Shown in pieces: positions 26,512 to 40,950 of a stretch of 64,000 nucleotides of DNA; position 1 is the first letter of the stretch, and every line of letters begins with the position of its first letter. The translations under genes and the position numbers were made by a program. Below the pieces are notes generated by a model, which did not search any database, was not told the DNA's origin, and worked only from the letters and a program-made list of their open reading frames with translations. The DNA is from Octopus sinensis (lineage: Eukaryota), in NCBI RefSeq assembly GCF_006345805.1, contig NC_043010.1, positions 3,286,001 to 3,350,000 of the forward strand, in the 5' to 3' direction.

Positions 26512-26568
26512 CTTGGACCTGAGAAATTGGAATATTTTAATGTACCTTTCATGCAATTTGGTAGTATT
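26512..26568 (-). CDS. Candidate internal exon, phase-compatible with 25732-25861
   Basis: tttctctag|...AAG|gtaaac, 57 bp, NTTKLHERYIKIFQFLRSK. The same segment is also open on the plus strand (ORF 26467-26700), so strand is ambiguous. Confidence 0.25.
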
Positions 26569-27488
26569 CTAGAGAAATGCTTACACCTCACAGCATCTAT
26601 TTTACTTCTCCCTTTTTTTTTATCCAAAACCTTGTATTCATCACTGTTATTGCTTACATCCACTTTTCTATGCAGCTATAGACTGGATGGTTCTTTTTGA
26701 GACCACGATTTAGACATGAATGCCCTTCCTGTTGCCATTCCAGAAGGGCATCTGGTTGTAAAACATAACACAGAAATCCTTATGATATAAACTTCAGTCA
26801 TAGGTAGAAGAAAGGGTGGGGTCAATTAAATAACTCTTAGCTCTTTAGTGGTATAGTTTATGAAACCCAGAAGGATGAAATTCAAAGTTGAACTCAGCTC
26901 AAATTTGAACTCATAACATAAAGATGCACAACAAAGCATCACAAGGCGTTAATGCCTACCATTTCACCAAATCAGCTAATCCAACATTATAGAAATTGAG
27001 TTACTTGGGTTACTGGGGTTTAAATTTAGGCTTAATTCTTATTATGTTACAGGGTTTAATTCTTATATTCACACAAGGTTATAGGTTTGTGCAGGATTTA
27101 TCATGACAAGATATCATTGCTATTTCTCCATTATAACCACATTGCATACTTGCTAGTCATTACAACTGTATTAACTCTCCTCCCACCAAAATATAAAGAC
27201 AAAGTTGGTGGACCATGGATGCTTTGAATAAGGAATGTAACAAAACAAAACTAAATACCAGATGACATTTCATTCAATATGCTATTGTCACTGCCACTTC
27301 AAATTCCCTGTAATATTACAAAATAGATTCGTTCACTATAGAGTAATATTACTTTACTTTATTTACTCTCATGTGAATGTATGTATTGTATGTATAGTGG
27401 GCGAGAAACGTTTTACATGCATGCTCCCTTTTCCCTGATGGTTCATTGTTTTTGTGTAAAAGAAAGCAATAATTTTGACAAATATATA

Positions 27489-27521
<33 letters not shown>

Positions 27522-27829
27522 ACACACACAAACACATGCACACACAGATATATTGCATATGTGTGTAGATATATGTGTGTATATATATATATATATATGT
27601 ATTGTGTGTGCGTGTATATATATATATTATATATAAATATATATTGTATATATATGTATATGTATATTGTATGTATACGTGTATATAGAAGATATACACG
27701 AATATATTATATCATATCATCATACATGCACTATTCATGTGTGTGTGTGTGTGTATACACACACACATATATGTATATGCATATAGTTAAGTATATATTT
27801 ACACATACATATATAAATATACATACATA

Positions 27830-30375
27830 CATGCACCACTGCCAAACAAATGGTGTGATGAAGAGGCAGGAGGAAAGTAAGGAGTCTGGGCTGTGCATCG
27901 CCTCAACAAAACTGTCGTTAAGGAAGCTAAGCAACATCACTGTAGTCTCTTGACAATATGGCTAAACTTAAAGGATGTGTCCAACTCTGTCCCTCACTCA
28001 CAGATGATAGAATCACTACACCATGCCAAAGTACCAGCTGCTATAATGAATACCATTGGACCACAACATGGTTCACACAGTTATCACTGACAGCTATTAA
28101 AGTAGCACCTATTGTTATAAACAGAATCGAGCTATCAACAGGCATATTCCAGGGTGATAGTTTCTCTGTAATGTTGTTTGTACTGGCAGTGAAACCCTTG
28201 TCAGTCCTGTTAAAAAATGCCAAAGCTACATGCTGGGATATGCAGAAAAGAATAAAATTAATGTCACCCACACACTTTTTTGTATGGTAACATAAACAAT
28301 GTTAAGAGACAAAAACTAGTCACAACATTCTCATGACACATAGGAATGCAGTTTGAGCAAGATAATTCCTCATACACGATAGCCAACTGAGGAAAGATTG
28401 TCGACCGAATAGAGAACGTGTATATCAAAGGCTTGTCTATCTCCTCTACCTCTTATGATGAAAACTATAACCATCTCAATATCAGTGAGAATGTTGCATA
28501 AAAAAGTACTTCTGTAGACTCCAGAAAATATGGAACTCAAAGTTGCCTACATTTAACAAGACCATATCTCAGTGCTTTTGCAGTGCCAGTGCTAGTACCA
28601 GCATTTGAGATATTAAGCTGAACACTTGATAAGATCCACAGCCTGGACATCAAAACTAGAAAGGTACTGACCAGCACTGGTAACTTACACATCACTAGTG
28701 ACACTGAGAAGATCTATATGAGGTGAAGTGATGGTAGAAGAGGTAAAAGATCAGTCCAAACAGTCTTTGAATGTCGCATTGTATCATTCAAACAACACCT
28801 GCAGGAAAGTAAAGAATTGTAATAGATACATTACATCTCATCTTTGCTATCCAGGAACAGAAAATAGCTACTAAATACCTGATAAACAAGAGAAAAGATA
28901 CCACCAAACCTCCATGTTGTGATAGAAAAGGTCACCTCTGCTATACTAGTGTGGAAGATATCACTTACATCAGCATCTGCCTCAAAATGTCTACAAGGGA
29001 CTGCTTGCCCCTGAGGCATGATAATATACAATACTATATGCAGGAAGGATTGCCCTGACATATACAAGGAGGTACCCAAAAGTAACTGGAAATGTCCTCT
29101 GTAGGACAAGCTCATTGTAGTTCAGGCCTCTGCCACTAGAAGCCACACGATGCAACCCTCATGCATCAATCTGCCAAACAGTGTCATCATAGAGTCGTAC
29201 AGCTACGTGGTGTGCCTTTGTTTTGTCGTGCTTCTCCCCTGTTCATTGATTTTTGTGATGGTTGAAACAAAAGAACAACGTGCTTCCTTGAAATTCTGTC
29301 TTCTGTTGGGGAACCAAAACAGTTGTCATGCTTCAAACAGTTTACAAGGACACTGCCATGAACAAAACACAAGTTTATGAGTGGTTTTCACACTTTAGGA
29401 ATGGTCACTTGTCACTTGAAGACCAACCACATTCAGGGCAACCGTTGAACTCCCAAACGAATGAAAACATCATGAAAATTTGTGAACCAGTCTTGGAGGA
29501 CCATCACTGAACAACTGATGAACTTGTTGATATGACTAGTGCATTCTGGAGCTCCTACCATCAAATTTTGAGCAGGGAATTGTAAACAAAAAGTGTTGCA
29601 GCAAAATTTGTACCTCGTTGGCTCATGGAAGATCAAAAGCAGTCACAATTGAATGAATGTCATGAACTGAAAGAACACTTGGAAGTTGGTCCCAACCTTT
29701 TTTCGAAGGTCATCACTGGTGACAAAAGCTGATGCTATGGAATTTGTAGATGAAGAAGAGGTGAAGAAAAAATTGATGGAGGCATTAAAAGACATCACTT
29801 TGTAGAACAGTGGAAAACACATCTGGACTGATACATTGCTTCAAATGGAGAATACTTTGAAGGTGATAAAAGTGTAAAGTTGTAAAACTAAGGGGATAAA
29901 ATAATATTGCAAAATTCTGGTTTCTTTTGGGCACCCCTTGTACATCAAAGGCATGTCATAACCAGCATGTATTTACACCTTTAAAAACAAAGAATACTGG
30001 TGTAACACTCCAATAAAAACAGTGACTCAGCACAAACATAACAGATGTGATATTGTTCTGTGGGACAGGGTACAAAGGTCATACATTGTTGTAGAGGTCA
30101 GCTGCCCAGTGGATGTAAATGTACCATCAAACGTCCTGGAAAAAGAGAACTTTTATGGTGAATTATTGTGGAACTTACAGCTCCTATATCCTGACAATAA
30201 ATTCTCGCTTGTACCTGTAATCACAGGTGCAGCAGGCTATGTACCTACAAAGTTACACAAAATCCTAGAAATACTAGGCTTTTCACAGAAAACGCAAAAG
30301 AAAACGATACAGATTCTCTAAATCCAATCTATTAATGGCACTATGAATATTTGTAAGGCATTCCATAGATTCTCC
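27830..30375 (+). mobile_element. Old decayed R4/Dong-like LINE (RT, zinc knuckle, endonuclease), interrupted by a mariner
   Basis: NKTVVKEAKQHH..LTIWLNLKDVSNSVPH, GIFQGDSFSVMLFVLAVKPLS, AFAVPVL..LDIKTRKVLT..GNLH, LPLRHD. After the mariner: EYWCNTPIKT..HNRCDIVLWD..IVVEVSCPVD..LQLLYPD..LVPVITGA. Confidence 0.85.
29065..29940 (+). mobile_element. Internally deleted mariner (876 bp) with imperfect TIRs and TA duplication
   Basis: TIRs 29065-29091 and 29915-29940 (4 mismatches, 1 indel); TA at 29063-64 and 29941-42. Transposase remnants MVETKEQRASLKFC, KTQVYEWFSHFRNG, AAKFVPRWL, KVITGDKS, then a jump to the C-terminal NGEYFEGD. Confidence 0.92.
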
Positions 30376-30588
30376 ATTCGTGAGTCTTTACATGAACAGA
30401 TGCACACACTTGGGTATGTGCATCAACTGCTTCACCAATACACCAACTTGGTCACAGATTTACAAACACTGGGAACTCTCTTAACTCAAAAACGTCGCTT
30501 TGTTAGTGACCAGCTTGAATTCTCTTCAGAATTTAACTAAATCTCAAAGAAAAGTCATATTTACACATATATATATATATATATATAA

Positions 30589-30699
<111 letters not shown>

Positions 30700-32599
30700 G
30701 TATACCATATGAAATACAACTGCTAAAGATACAATTTTGTGATTTCAATTTGTTTCATCATCGTCCTTATTTTCTAAGTATTTTATATTTTTGCATGTTT
30801 TTTTTATTCCACTATCTTGTAATTTTGGGTTATAATTATAGTTTATAAGCAGGTTGTAGAAGTGAAGTAGAAACCACAAAACAGATAAAATTGAATTCAG
30901 TATGAAGACATGGTTCTTCTCGCATTGATTTTTTTCTCACCTTTGTAGAAAATAACAAAAACTACTAAATTGAAAGAGATTGTATTTTTTTTCCTTTTTT
31001 TACATAAAAACTTTATTTGTAAATTACATGGGTTTTCAGTTTTTTCTTTTGTTTGTCTTGAGGTTGTCTTTTTTGTCTTTGTACTTTTTTATTTTCCTTT
31101 CTTTAATTTTGAATTTTTTTTTTTTTGGTCAATTCATTTTTGTTCTTTAAGATTCTTACATAATGTTTATATTTTTTGAGAAGTTGTGGGGGAGGAGAAT
31201 ATGTTGATAGCTTGCCTGCACTGATAGGCTCAGCTTACCGAATGATGAATTATTATTATTATTATATTTCTTTTTTTTGTTTTTTTGGGAATAAAGTTTC
31301 AAATGATCACAAAAATAATTTGTTTTCTCTATCATAATAATTGTTTTATTTATTTGTTTTTTTAATTTTCAAGAGGGGTTTTTTAAAAGCAGCAGAATAA
31401 TTTTCTTGTTGACTATTGCAAGAATAAATACAAGTTGATGGTAAATGAAATCAGAGAAGATATTATTATCTGGCAATAGGTAAAAAGAGCTGAGTGTCAA
31501 GGCATAACAGGAAACCAAGAACATTCAATGTTGAAAGAAATAGCCATCAAAGCAACAGAAGTCGCAACTTTTTTATAAGGATTCTAACTGGTAATGGCAA
31601 TGTTTTTCTTTTTACAGTTAGAATCACAATTTTTTTTATTTTTTACTCCCTCAAATCAAATAAACAAATCTAATGAGTTATATCAATATTATTTTTTTTT
31701 CCTTCAAGGTTAAAATAAAATTATAACAATAGCAATAGCAACAATGATTAATAACATTAATTAATGTAATTAAACAAAACAAAGAAACACTACAAAAACA
31801 AAACAAACTATAGAAGGACAAACATTATACAACAGTGAGAACGATAACAACAAGAGCTAGAAAATATAAATACGTAAAAAAAAAATAATAATAATAATAA
31901 TAAGGGATAAAGTTGAATTCTGTTGAGGTTTACTTCCAAAGGTAGAGTTAAACCAGCTGTCCAGTAAATGAAGTGATCTGTAGAGATCCGAGGAAGAGTG
32001 GAGGACAGCAGAATGTAACTACATAGACTATCACAGATCAATAGAAAAGAGCAACAATTGTGAAGAGCTCTGCTGTAGATATTTTGGATAGAGACACTAC
32101 AGTGAATACTTTAAACAAATTATGGATATGCAGTGAGAACCAAAATTTTGGACAGATTGTATGATTGTAAGAGTGAAAAATTGATTTCAGCTCAGTCGAA
32201 GCCAACAATAAGCCAAGAAGCAAGCTTTTTAATGTGGTTGCTTTAACATACTCACTGTGGCAACCAAATATCTCCCTCATTAAATTTCCAAACAACTTTA
32301 ATTTAGGACAACAATGCTGTAAATCCTAAATTTTAGGACAGCATACTCTGCAATAAAACAAGTTAGCCACAGCAAAAGAAAAAAATTAATGCAGATCAAT
32401 TGCTTATTTTGATCAGATATCCTTTTGCACCCAAGCAGGGTTGTCTAGGCTTTTCTGTAGCCATGAAATAATTATACTTTGATACTTGAGCATGATCTGG
32501 CAGAAAACAATTGTAATAACAAGAATTATTATAATAATTACTAATACTGGTGGTAATTCTTTTAACAAAAATCACAATGATTGTTTTGTGTTTTCTTAG

Positions 32600-32620
32600 A
32601 TGAACATACTTATTTAAAAG
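32600..32620 (+). CDS. Candidate 21-bp micro-exon
   Basis: ttgttttgtgttttcttag|ATGAACATACTTATTTAAAAG|gtgaat. Only phase 1-1 is open (xEHTYLKx). Confidence 0.25.
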
Positions 32621-32994
32621 GTGAATTGAAATAAGATTGTAAAATGTTTATGTTTTGTTTTTTGTCAATGGCAATAGTGATGTGATTCAAGTAAAATGAC
32701 TACAACCAAGAATCAAAATCCAGGTTGCAGTCTTGTGTCACAGACAGTTAAAGTCACTGTGAGGTGGTGCTTACAACAATTATATAATGACGATGATGAT
32801 GATGATGGTGGTGGTGGTGGTGGAGGTGGTGGTGGTGATGGTGATGGTTGTAGTGGTGGTTGTGGTGATAGCGGTGGTGGTGATGGTGATGATGAGGGTA
32901 ATAATAATAATAATAATAATAATAATGATGATAATGATAATAATAATAATAATAATAATGATTATGATAATTTTTATTATCATTTGTAACATAG

Positions 32995-33196
32995 CCATAA
33001 GGCCACATATTTTAGAGGAAGAGCATAATCAAGTAAATCAATCCAGTGTTTAACTGGTACTTTATTTTATCAATTTGGAAGGATCAAAGGCAAAGTCAGT
33101 CCTAGCACATAGGATTTGGACTCCAAACGTAAAGTGACAAAACCAAATACCACAAGGCATTTTGTTTAGCTCTCTACCAATTCTTCAACTCCACAC

Positions 33197-33237
<41 letters not shown>

Positions 33238-33254
33238 GTGACAATAATAGTAAA

Positions 33255-33344
<90 letters not shown>

Positions 33345-35025
33345 TGGCACAAAGCCACTATTTTGAAAGGGGAGGGTTATAGTTAATTATATTGCCCTCA
33401 ATAGTTTTCTGGTACTTATTTTATTGATCCCAGAAAGAATAAAGGCAAAATCAGCCCTGTGGAGGTATTTCAAATTTGAACATAGAGGATGTAACTAAAT
33501 ACCTTAAGGCATATCATCCTATGTTCTGTTTTTTAGTTGTTTTTTTTTACTCCTAGAATAGTGATAAAATGAAGAAGTAAAAGACAAGATAAAGAATATG
33601 ATTTCTATTTTGGGATGTAGGGCCATGAATTTTTAAGGGAGCCATATAATCAAATGAATCCACCTTAATATTTTCTAGATTCTTATTTTATCACATCCCC
33701 CTCACTCAGGAGGTTAAAAAGAGTTGGCACCAATGGAATTTGAACTTAGAAGCATGAAGCAAGAAAACTGATACTCTATCGAAGAATTTAGACTAGTTTT
33801 CTACCATCTGAGCTAATGACACAAACTTACTCAATGATGGTATCTTACCGTGGTACAGTACCACAAATTGATTAAATTTACTTGAGAACATGCATGATAC
33901 TTAATTCATTGACTGTACCAAAGAATTTAGAAAAGAAAGAAATGAAGGTAAAACCAACCTTAGCTGGACTTGAACAGAGAATGCCGAGGTAAAAAACCAA
34001 GTAGATAGGTATCCATAATTTGAAGCAACTTAATCTACCCTCAACCCATTAGGGGTGAACAGCAAAGTAATAATAATTATTATCATTTCTAATTTTGGCA
34101 CAAGGCCAGCAATTTTGGACTATGAAGAGCAGCAAACAGAGCTGCTCTCTGTAGTTCGGTGAAAGCACACAATAAAAATAAGACCACTGAATAATAATGA
34201 CAATCATAATAAGAAGTAAGATGATGATGACGATGTCAAAGATGGTCCTGAGGATAATCCTCAAACAGATGAGGATGATAATGATGATGGTGAGGAGAGG
34301 GAAGGGGAAAGGAGGAAAAAGAAGGAAGATAATATATATAGAAATAGATCCTTAAAATGATGGGAAAGCTGACATGGGTATCAGTGCAATATAAGAATAA
34401 AAGGAAATGATTCTAGCTGGTACTCATAACAAAGACACTGTCATACTATTATATGCAATGCTGCCTGCCACAACAACAATAACAGGAATAATAACAATTA
34501 TATAATAATAATAATGATAGTCTCTTTTAACTCAAGACAAGGCCAAATTTTGCAGGGGTGGGACGACACAATAGAATTGATTGCAATATATTACTAGTTG
34601 TTATTTTATTAAATTCAGAAGTATAAAAGGCAAAGACAAGCTTATGGGGTGATATGAACACAGAACATAGACTCAAGGTATCAGATACTGTAAAGCTTCT
34701 CTGTCATCAGTCTCTCTGCTGCTGCTGTCCATTGCCCTATAATAATGGTAATAATGATAGTTTTTCACATTGGCACAAGGCCATGAATTCTTTTATGTAT
34801 GTGTTTGGTGGGGATTATAACAGTCGATTAAATTTATGTCAGAAGATATCTGGTATTTTATCAACCCAGTGGGATGAAAGACAAAGTCAACTCTGGCTGG
34901 ATTTGAACACTTAAGGGTGGAAACTAAATATCAAAATACATTTAGTTCAGTGTTCACTTGTTTTGTTTCGTGTTTTTTTTTCATCAACTCCATTGCCATA
35001 CTAATTAATAATGATGATATTGATT

Positions 35026-35072
<47 letters not shown>

Positions 35073-35830
35073 TGTAATTGTTTCTAACATAGGCACAAGG
35101 CCAAAAATTGTGGGGTGGGATTAGTTGATACTATTGACTCTGGTATTTGACTAGTACTTTATTTCATCAACCCTGAAAGGATGAAAGGCAAAGTTGACGT
35201 TGGCTGAATTTGAACTCAGAATGTAAAAGACTGGAACAAACACTATGAGGCATGTTTTCTGATGCTCTAACAATTCTGCCAAACCACCATACTAAATAAT
35301 AATAATAATAATTGTTTCTAATTTAGGCATAAAGCCAGCACCCAAAGTAGTAGTAGTAGTAGTAGTAGCAGAGATGTTTGCAAGACAGTGCTATGAATAT
35401 TCCTTTTGATTCAACACTAGTTCTATAACAGGTAATACATCTGAAAGAATCTAATCTCCAGAACAATGTGAAATTAGGTAGAAAGAAGCATCCTGCCCAC
35501 AGACACAACGAAATAAAAGTAGATAGATATGAACAGACAAGCAAAGAGCCAGAAGCTCGATATCTTATCTACTGACTGTTTCAGGTCAACAGTAATATTA
35601 ATAATAATGGTTTCTAACATAGGCTCAAGGCCACGGATTTGTAGAGACCAGTTGATTAAATTGATCCCAGTACTTGACTCTGGTAAATAATTCATCGACA
35701 CAGCCCTTCCCGCCACCATAAGGACGAAAGGCAAAGTCGACCTTGACGGGTTTTAATACAGAATATAAAGAGAAACAACTAAATACCACAAGGCATTTCA
35801 GTGTACCCTCTACTGATTCAGCCATCCAAT
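32995..35830 (-). mobile_element. Head-to-tail cluster of SINE family D copies separated by (AAT)n tracts
   Basis: About seven decayed copies (near 32995, 33345, 33615, 33840, 34530, 34765, 35080, 35610; the 33840 copy is weak) plus two tail-only stubs (34085, 35315). All carry GGCACAAGGCC...AAAGGCAAAGTC...TTTGAACTC in the same orientation. Confidence 0.85.
34136..34198 (+). mobile_element. Isolated 3'-UTR stub of the Dong-like LINE family
   Basis: 63-nt segment matching 9822-9884 at 54/63 positions (counted by eye), ending in ACTG-AATAATAAT. Confidence 0.75.
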
Positions 35831-36550
35831 AATAATAATAATAATAAATGATAATAAATGATATCTAATAGACAGAGAGTAGTTTGTTAAATTGGATATA
35901 AAATATCAAGCATAATAATAGTAGGGATCACAAGACTCTGAAATTGGTTACCAGCTAATTACTAATCAATTTAAAATAATCAAAACCAGTTGGCTATTAT
36001 CTCAGATTCTTCAGTATCATAGTAAGTTCAGTATCATAATAAACAAACTGATCCATCACAAAAATGCATTTGTTGTTTTATTTCTAATCAAATAGAATAT
36101 GAGGCAAGAGTTAGGACCCAAATAAATATTGTATGTCAAGGGGCTACAAACAAGCTAGTTTTGCCATTGCTTCAAGTTGATTTTCACCAAATGAAAAAAG
36201 ATGAAAATGTTCAAATATTTAAATAAGACAACCTCAACAAATATTAAAAAACAAAAGTTTCACTTCACAAAAACTTCACAAGAAAAGGGTTGCCTGAAAT
36301 TAATGATGACTATAAAGTTTATATCAGAATCAAAATGTTCAAATCTATGAAATTAGAATATAATAAATATAGGAATCTATACAGTTAGAAGATTAGAAAC
36401 AAGATGTATATAAGATCTGTGTTTAACAAATATGCTTGAGGTTATATTTGTGTATAACAAAGATGTAAGAAGTTATAAAATGATTGTATAACAAAGAGAA
36501 GCTGTAAGATTACCATTTATATATTTTATGTGTGTATATGTATATATGTG

Positions 36551-36620
<70 letters not shown>

Positions 36621-36646
36621 ATAATATATATGTATATATATGTATA

Positions 36647-36692
<46 letters not shown>

Positions 36693-38980
36693 TACATATA
36701 CATATATACATATATATACATATATATGTATTATATATGTATATATATAAAACAAAGATATATTGGTTAATGTACAACGAAGATGAAGGAGAATAGTATT
36801 TTAATAAATGTGTAGATAAGCCTATGAAAGCAGCTATAGACCTGAGTAGCTAACAAAGGCATTTCACAACCAATCTAAAATAAGTTCTGTACCAAAATAT
36901 AGTGGCACCTACGGATGGACTTTTTTTTTTTAGAATTTTTGATAAAGAATAAAAAGTAAACTATATCTGAAATTTAGGGGAGGGAATATTAACTAAACTG
37001 TATCCGAAATGGAGAATGTTATCATCATATATTCAATATATTCTCAAAATATCTTCATTCTGTAGTCTTCTTTTGTGCAATCATCAATATCATGTGATGA
37101 GGAAGTCAAACGACCAAGCTTACATTAGCTAAGACCAAAAATGTTTCCTGGTATATCCAACATTTTGTGGATTGTGTTTTACCAGATCTGTACAATATCA
37201 TGATTTCATACTAATTAACACAATTTTTTTTTTTAATCTTGATTTTTTTTTTCTTTGTTGTTAAATCTACACAAAATTCTTTTTGGAAGAAATGATTAAA
37301 TTGAAATCATAAATGCTAAAAGATCTGAAATAAACAGAATTTTTCAACACAAAACAAAATATACTCCATGATTAAGTATAAAAGGCCTTACAAATATTGT
37401 AATGTCTATTTTATAGTGGATGATACTGTTTTTTTTTTAATACTTTTTTTTAATGTTGATTTTTTTAACGCCAGTACTATAACTATCCATAGGTATTCTC
37501 AAATTAGTTCTGTATTGCCCTAGAGTAGTGAAAAGAATAATTCTATTAAGTCTTAGCAGCAATTTAGTGATTGGTTTTATGGTCGGTGATTCTGAATGTA
37601 GGTCAATAACTTACAAGACTTTCTGTCTTGAACTGACAACACATTCAGCACAAATTTATTAATAACATTCAGAACTGGCCATCAAACTGGGCCTGTCTCT
37701 TCTGAAGACGCAAAGCTCTTTTATAACATCACAATAACTAACTCACATCTCACTTCCCTGAATTATCTCGACAATTGACCAATACAATTTATGTTTTAGT
37801 CAATTAATGAAAATAGATTGGAATGGTTAGATACAATTTTAATCTAATTTGTAATAGAAAATATCATAACAAGTTGTTATTTTTTTTGGTTGGTTTACTT
37901 TTTTGTTCTTTTTTTTTGTACTTTTTGTTCCTTTTTTATCTTTTTTCTTTTTTCTTTTTTTTTTTTACAAAAAAATTGAATCCCAATAACGTTTTTCTAA
38001 AGCTATGCTCCTTGAATCAGATCACTGACTGAGATAGCAAAGGAAATATTAAATGTACAATATCCCCATAATTTTTAGGAAGAGAGGCCATACATGGAAT
38101 GTGTCTGGTCAGTCTCTGGCTATTGGTTCTTTTTTTTATTTGGAAAAAAATATGTGGAAGCCAAGAAGCAGAACATTGCAAAGTATATGCGCTTTTATCT
38201 ATCATGGACATTTAGTTGCATTTGGAGATATACATGCTCACTGAAGCAGAGCGTTGGAAACAGGGATATAACTCCATAACCAGATACACAGTTCATTAGT
38301 TGAGTTAGAATTCCAGTAAGAACTTCATGAACTGCTTGACTAACTAAACTAAAGTTCTAAATAGAGGAGATTTGAATTCAACAAGGCTACTAATATATAC
38401 CAATAGCCAGAGTCTGAGAAATGACCAAAGAAATAAAGTGGCCACTGTTTTAATGGTTATGAATTCAACAGTTATTATCATCTAGAAAACTTTTGCATTA
38501 GTGCATATATTCAATATCTCAGAAGATAGAATAGCTGCTATTATCAAGAGCTTTCCACCATGATAATAACTTTAAAAATAAATTTAAAAAAAAAGTTGAT
38601 TCTTTTTCAGTCTTTCAAACATTTGTTTGAATTATAGATTTTGGATGGAAATGTTTTTGCCCAATAAATTTCTTCAAAGTTATATATTGAAAGATACCAC
38701 AAACGTTTCTGACTCCATTTCATAATGTTTGTAACAAAATTGAAAATTGTAACTTTGACATAAAAATAACATTATGATTATAGTAAACCAGAAGTTTACA
38801 ATTAACATTTTCTTGAAAACATAAAAATTGCAGACTTTCTCTTTATACTCTTAATAACATTCATGGTTATATAAAATGGTCATGTTTACTGCTGGGAAGA
38901 AATACTAATTTCATATATATATGCATGTAAATGTGTATGTATTCGTACATATATATATGTATGTATATATATATATAAAG

Positions 38981-39036
<56 letters not shown>

Positions 39037-39107
39037 TATTAAAACATATATATATATATACATACATAGATATTCATATATATATATATATATATATATG
39101 TATAATG

Positions 39108-39164
<57 letters not shown>

Positions 39165-39421
39165 AATGTATGTACATATATATATATATACACTTGAGGA
39201 AATAGAAGTCTAGAGACACAACCAATAATAGATTGTATAATGTAGGTAATGGGCTGGTTTAAAATAAAAATAATTCTTAGAAAGATAGTATTTTCTCCTC
39301 AGTTTATCTTTTGTTTGTTTTTCCAGAAATATCTGTCAGAAAACATCTAAGAATATTTGTATTCTTTTTCTCATTCTCTCATTCATTCTATTTCTGTCTC
39401 TCTTTCATTGTCTTTTTTTTT

Positions 39422-39633
39422 TTATGTGTTGGGTGCTTTTGGTGCTGATGGTAAAGATTTAGGGTAAACATTAAAACTGTTCCTCATGGGAAGATTCCAC
39501 AGCAATGATGAACTAGGGCTGTTTACTCGGATTATTTTTGCATCGTTACAATCTTTGAAATTACTTTTTTGACTAGTAATAGGTTGTTGAGATAAACAAA
39601 CGTTATCTATGTTGAAGACCTGTTCCAGCTGAC
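39422..39633 (-). CDS. Candidate terminal coding exon (unidentified gene)
   Basis: Strong acceptor tttcttttgtttttgcag| then 70 non-repetitive open codons (QLEQVFNIDNVCLSQQPITSQ...LPSAPKAPNT) ending in TAA, followed by unique AT-rich sequence that could be a 3' UTR. Confidence 0.4.
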
Positions 39634-39709
39634 CTGCAAAAACAAAAGAAACCATATTGAAATACCGCTTTTCAAAAGTTTACAAATGTCTTTGCACACA
39701 TATACACAC

Positions 39710-40070
39710 ATGTGTGCATGTATACATACATACATACATACATACATACATGCATACATACATACATGCATACATACATACATACATACATACATACATA
39801 CATACATGCATGCATACATGCATGCATGCATACATACATACATACATGCATGCATACATACATACATACATACATACATACATACATACATGCATGCATA
39901 CATACATACATACATACATACATACATACATACATACATACATACATACATGCATGCATACATACACACATACATACATACATATATACATACATACATA
40001 CATACATACATACATACATACATACATACATACATACATACATACATACATACATACATACATAAATACA
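39710..40070. repeat. Long (TACA)n/(TGCA) tetranucleotide microsatellite
   Basis: About 350 bp of TACA units with TGCA variants. Source of the MYVC/HTYI pseudo-ORFs. Confidence 0.95.
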
Positions 40071-40532
40071 CACACATACACACACATATATGTTTGTATG
40101 TGTATGAACCAAGAATAAAATTATTTATTTACTTAAAGCAATGAAACAAAATTTATTTGATCTCACTATAAACAAATATTAGATTATCTTAAATGAAATT
40201 TTTGTGTACCTGTTCTTACACCTGGAATGATGCACAGAAATTGAATAAATGGAAGGTACTCAAGGGATGTTAATCAATCGATAGTTTGAAAAGAGAAACA
40301 AATAATTCTTACAACAAAAAAAGGAAGATAAAGCAATACAAAAATTAAATGAGCCAATCTGATTATAGTTAGACAGAATACAAAAATTGCTAAAGAACTT
40401 AGCCAACTTAATGCAATATGAAATTAGTTCCCACATAAGATATTTTCAAAGCAACAAAACAGACCTACTCTTTGAAATAATATGTGCAATGTATATTTTC
40501 TTGACAAAAATATATTTCATTAATTTCATTTA

Positions 40533-40950
40533 TTCATTTACTTGTTTCAATCATTTGACTGTAGCCATGTTGGAGTACGACCTTTAGTCAAAGAAATCAA
40601 CCCCAGGAATTATTCTTTGTAAGCCTAGTACTTATTCTATCGGTCTCTTTTGTCAAACCACTAAGTTACGAAGGCGTAAACACACCAACATCGATTGTCA
40701 AGTGATGGTGTGGGAACAAGAACAGACACACAGACAAATATATACATATACATATATATATATATATATAGATATATATATATATACGATGAGCTTCTTT
40801 CAGTTTCCATCTACCAAATCCACTCACAAGGCTTTGGTCAGTCTGAGGCTATAGTAGAAGACACTTGCCCAAAGTGCCATGCAATGACACTGAACCTGGA
40901 ACCATGTGGTTGAGAAGCAAGCTTCTTACCACACAGCCAATCCTGTGCCT
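40533..40950 (-). mobile_element. Full-length SINE family A
   Basis: Minus-strand head AGGCACAGGATTGGCTGTGTGGTAAG, central (TA)n, body GACCGATAGAATAAGTACTAGGCTTACAAAGAATAA, tail AATGATTGAAACAAGTAAA. Confidence 0.9.

Noticed and set aside
31920-32350. Coding-looking segment (ORFs 31808-32041 and 32038-32295)
   Set aside because: Stops occur in all frames over the full span, several incompatible splice solutions fit, and no motif is recognisable.
37126-37190. Minus-strand SGKTQSTK peptide as a P-loop exon
   Set aside because: No upstream glycine context or following motifs are visible; likely chance.
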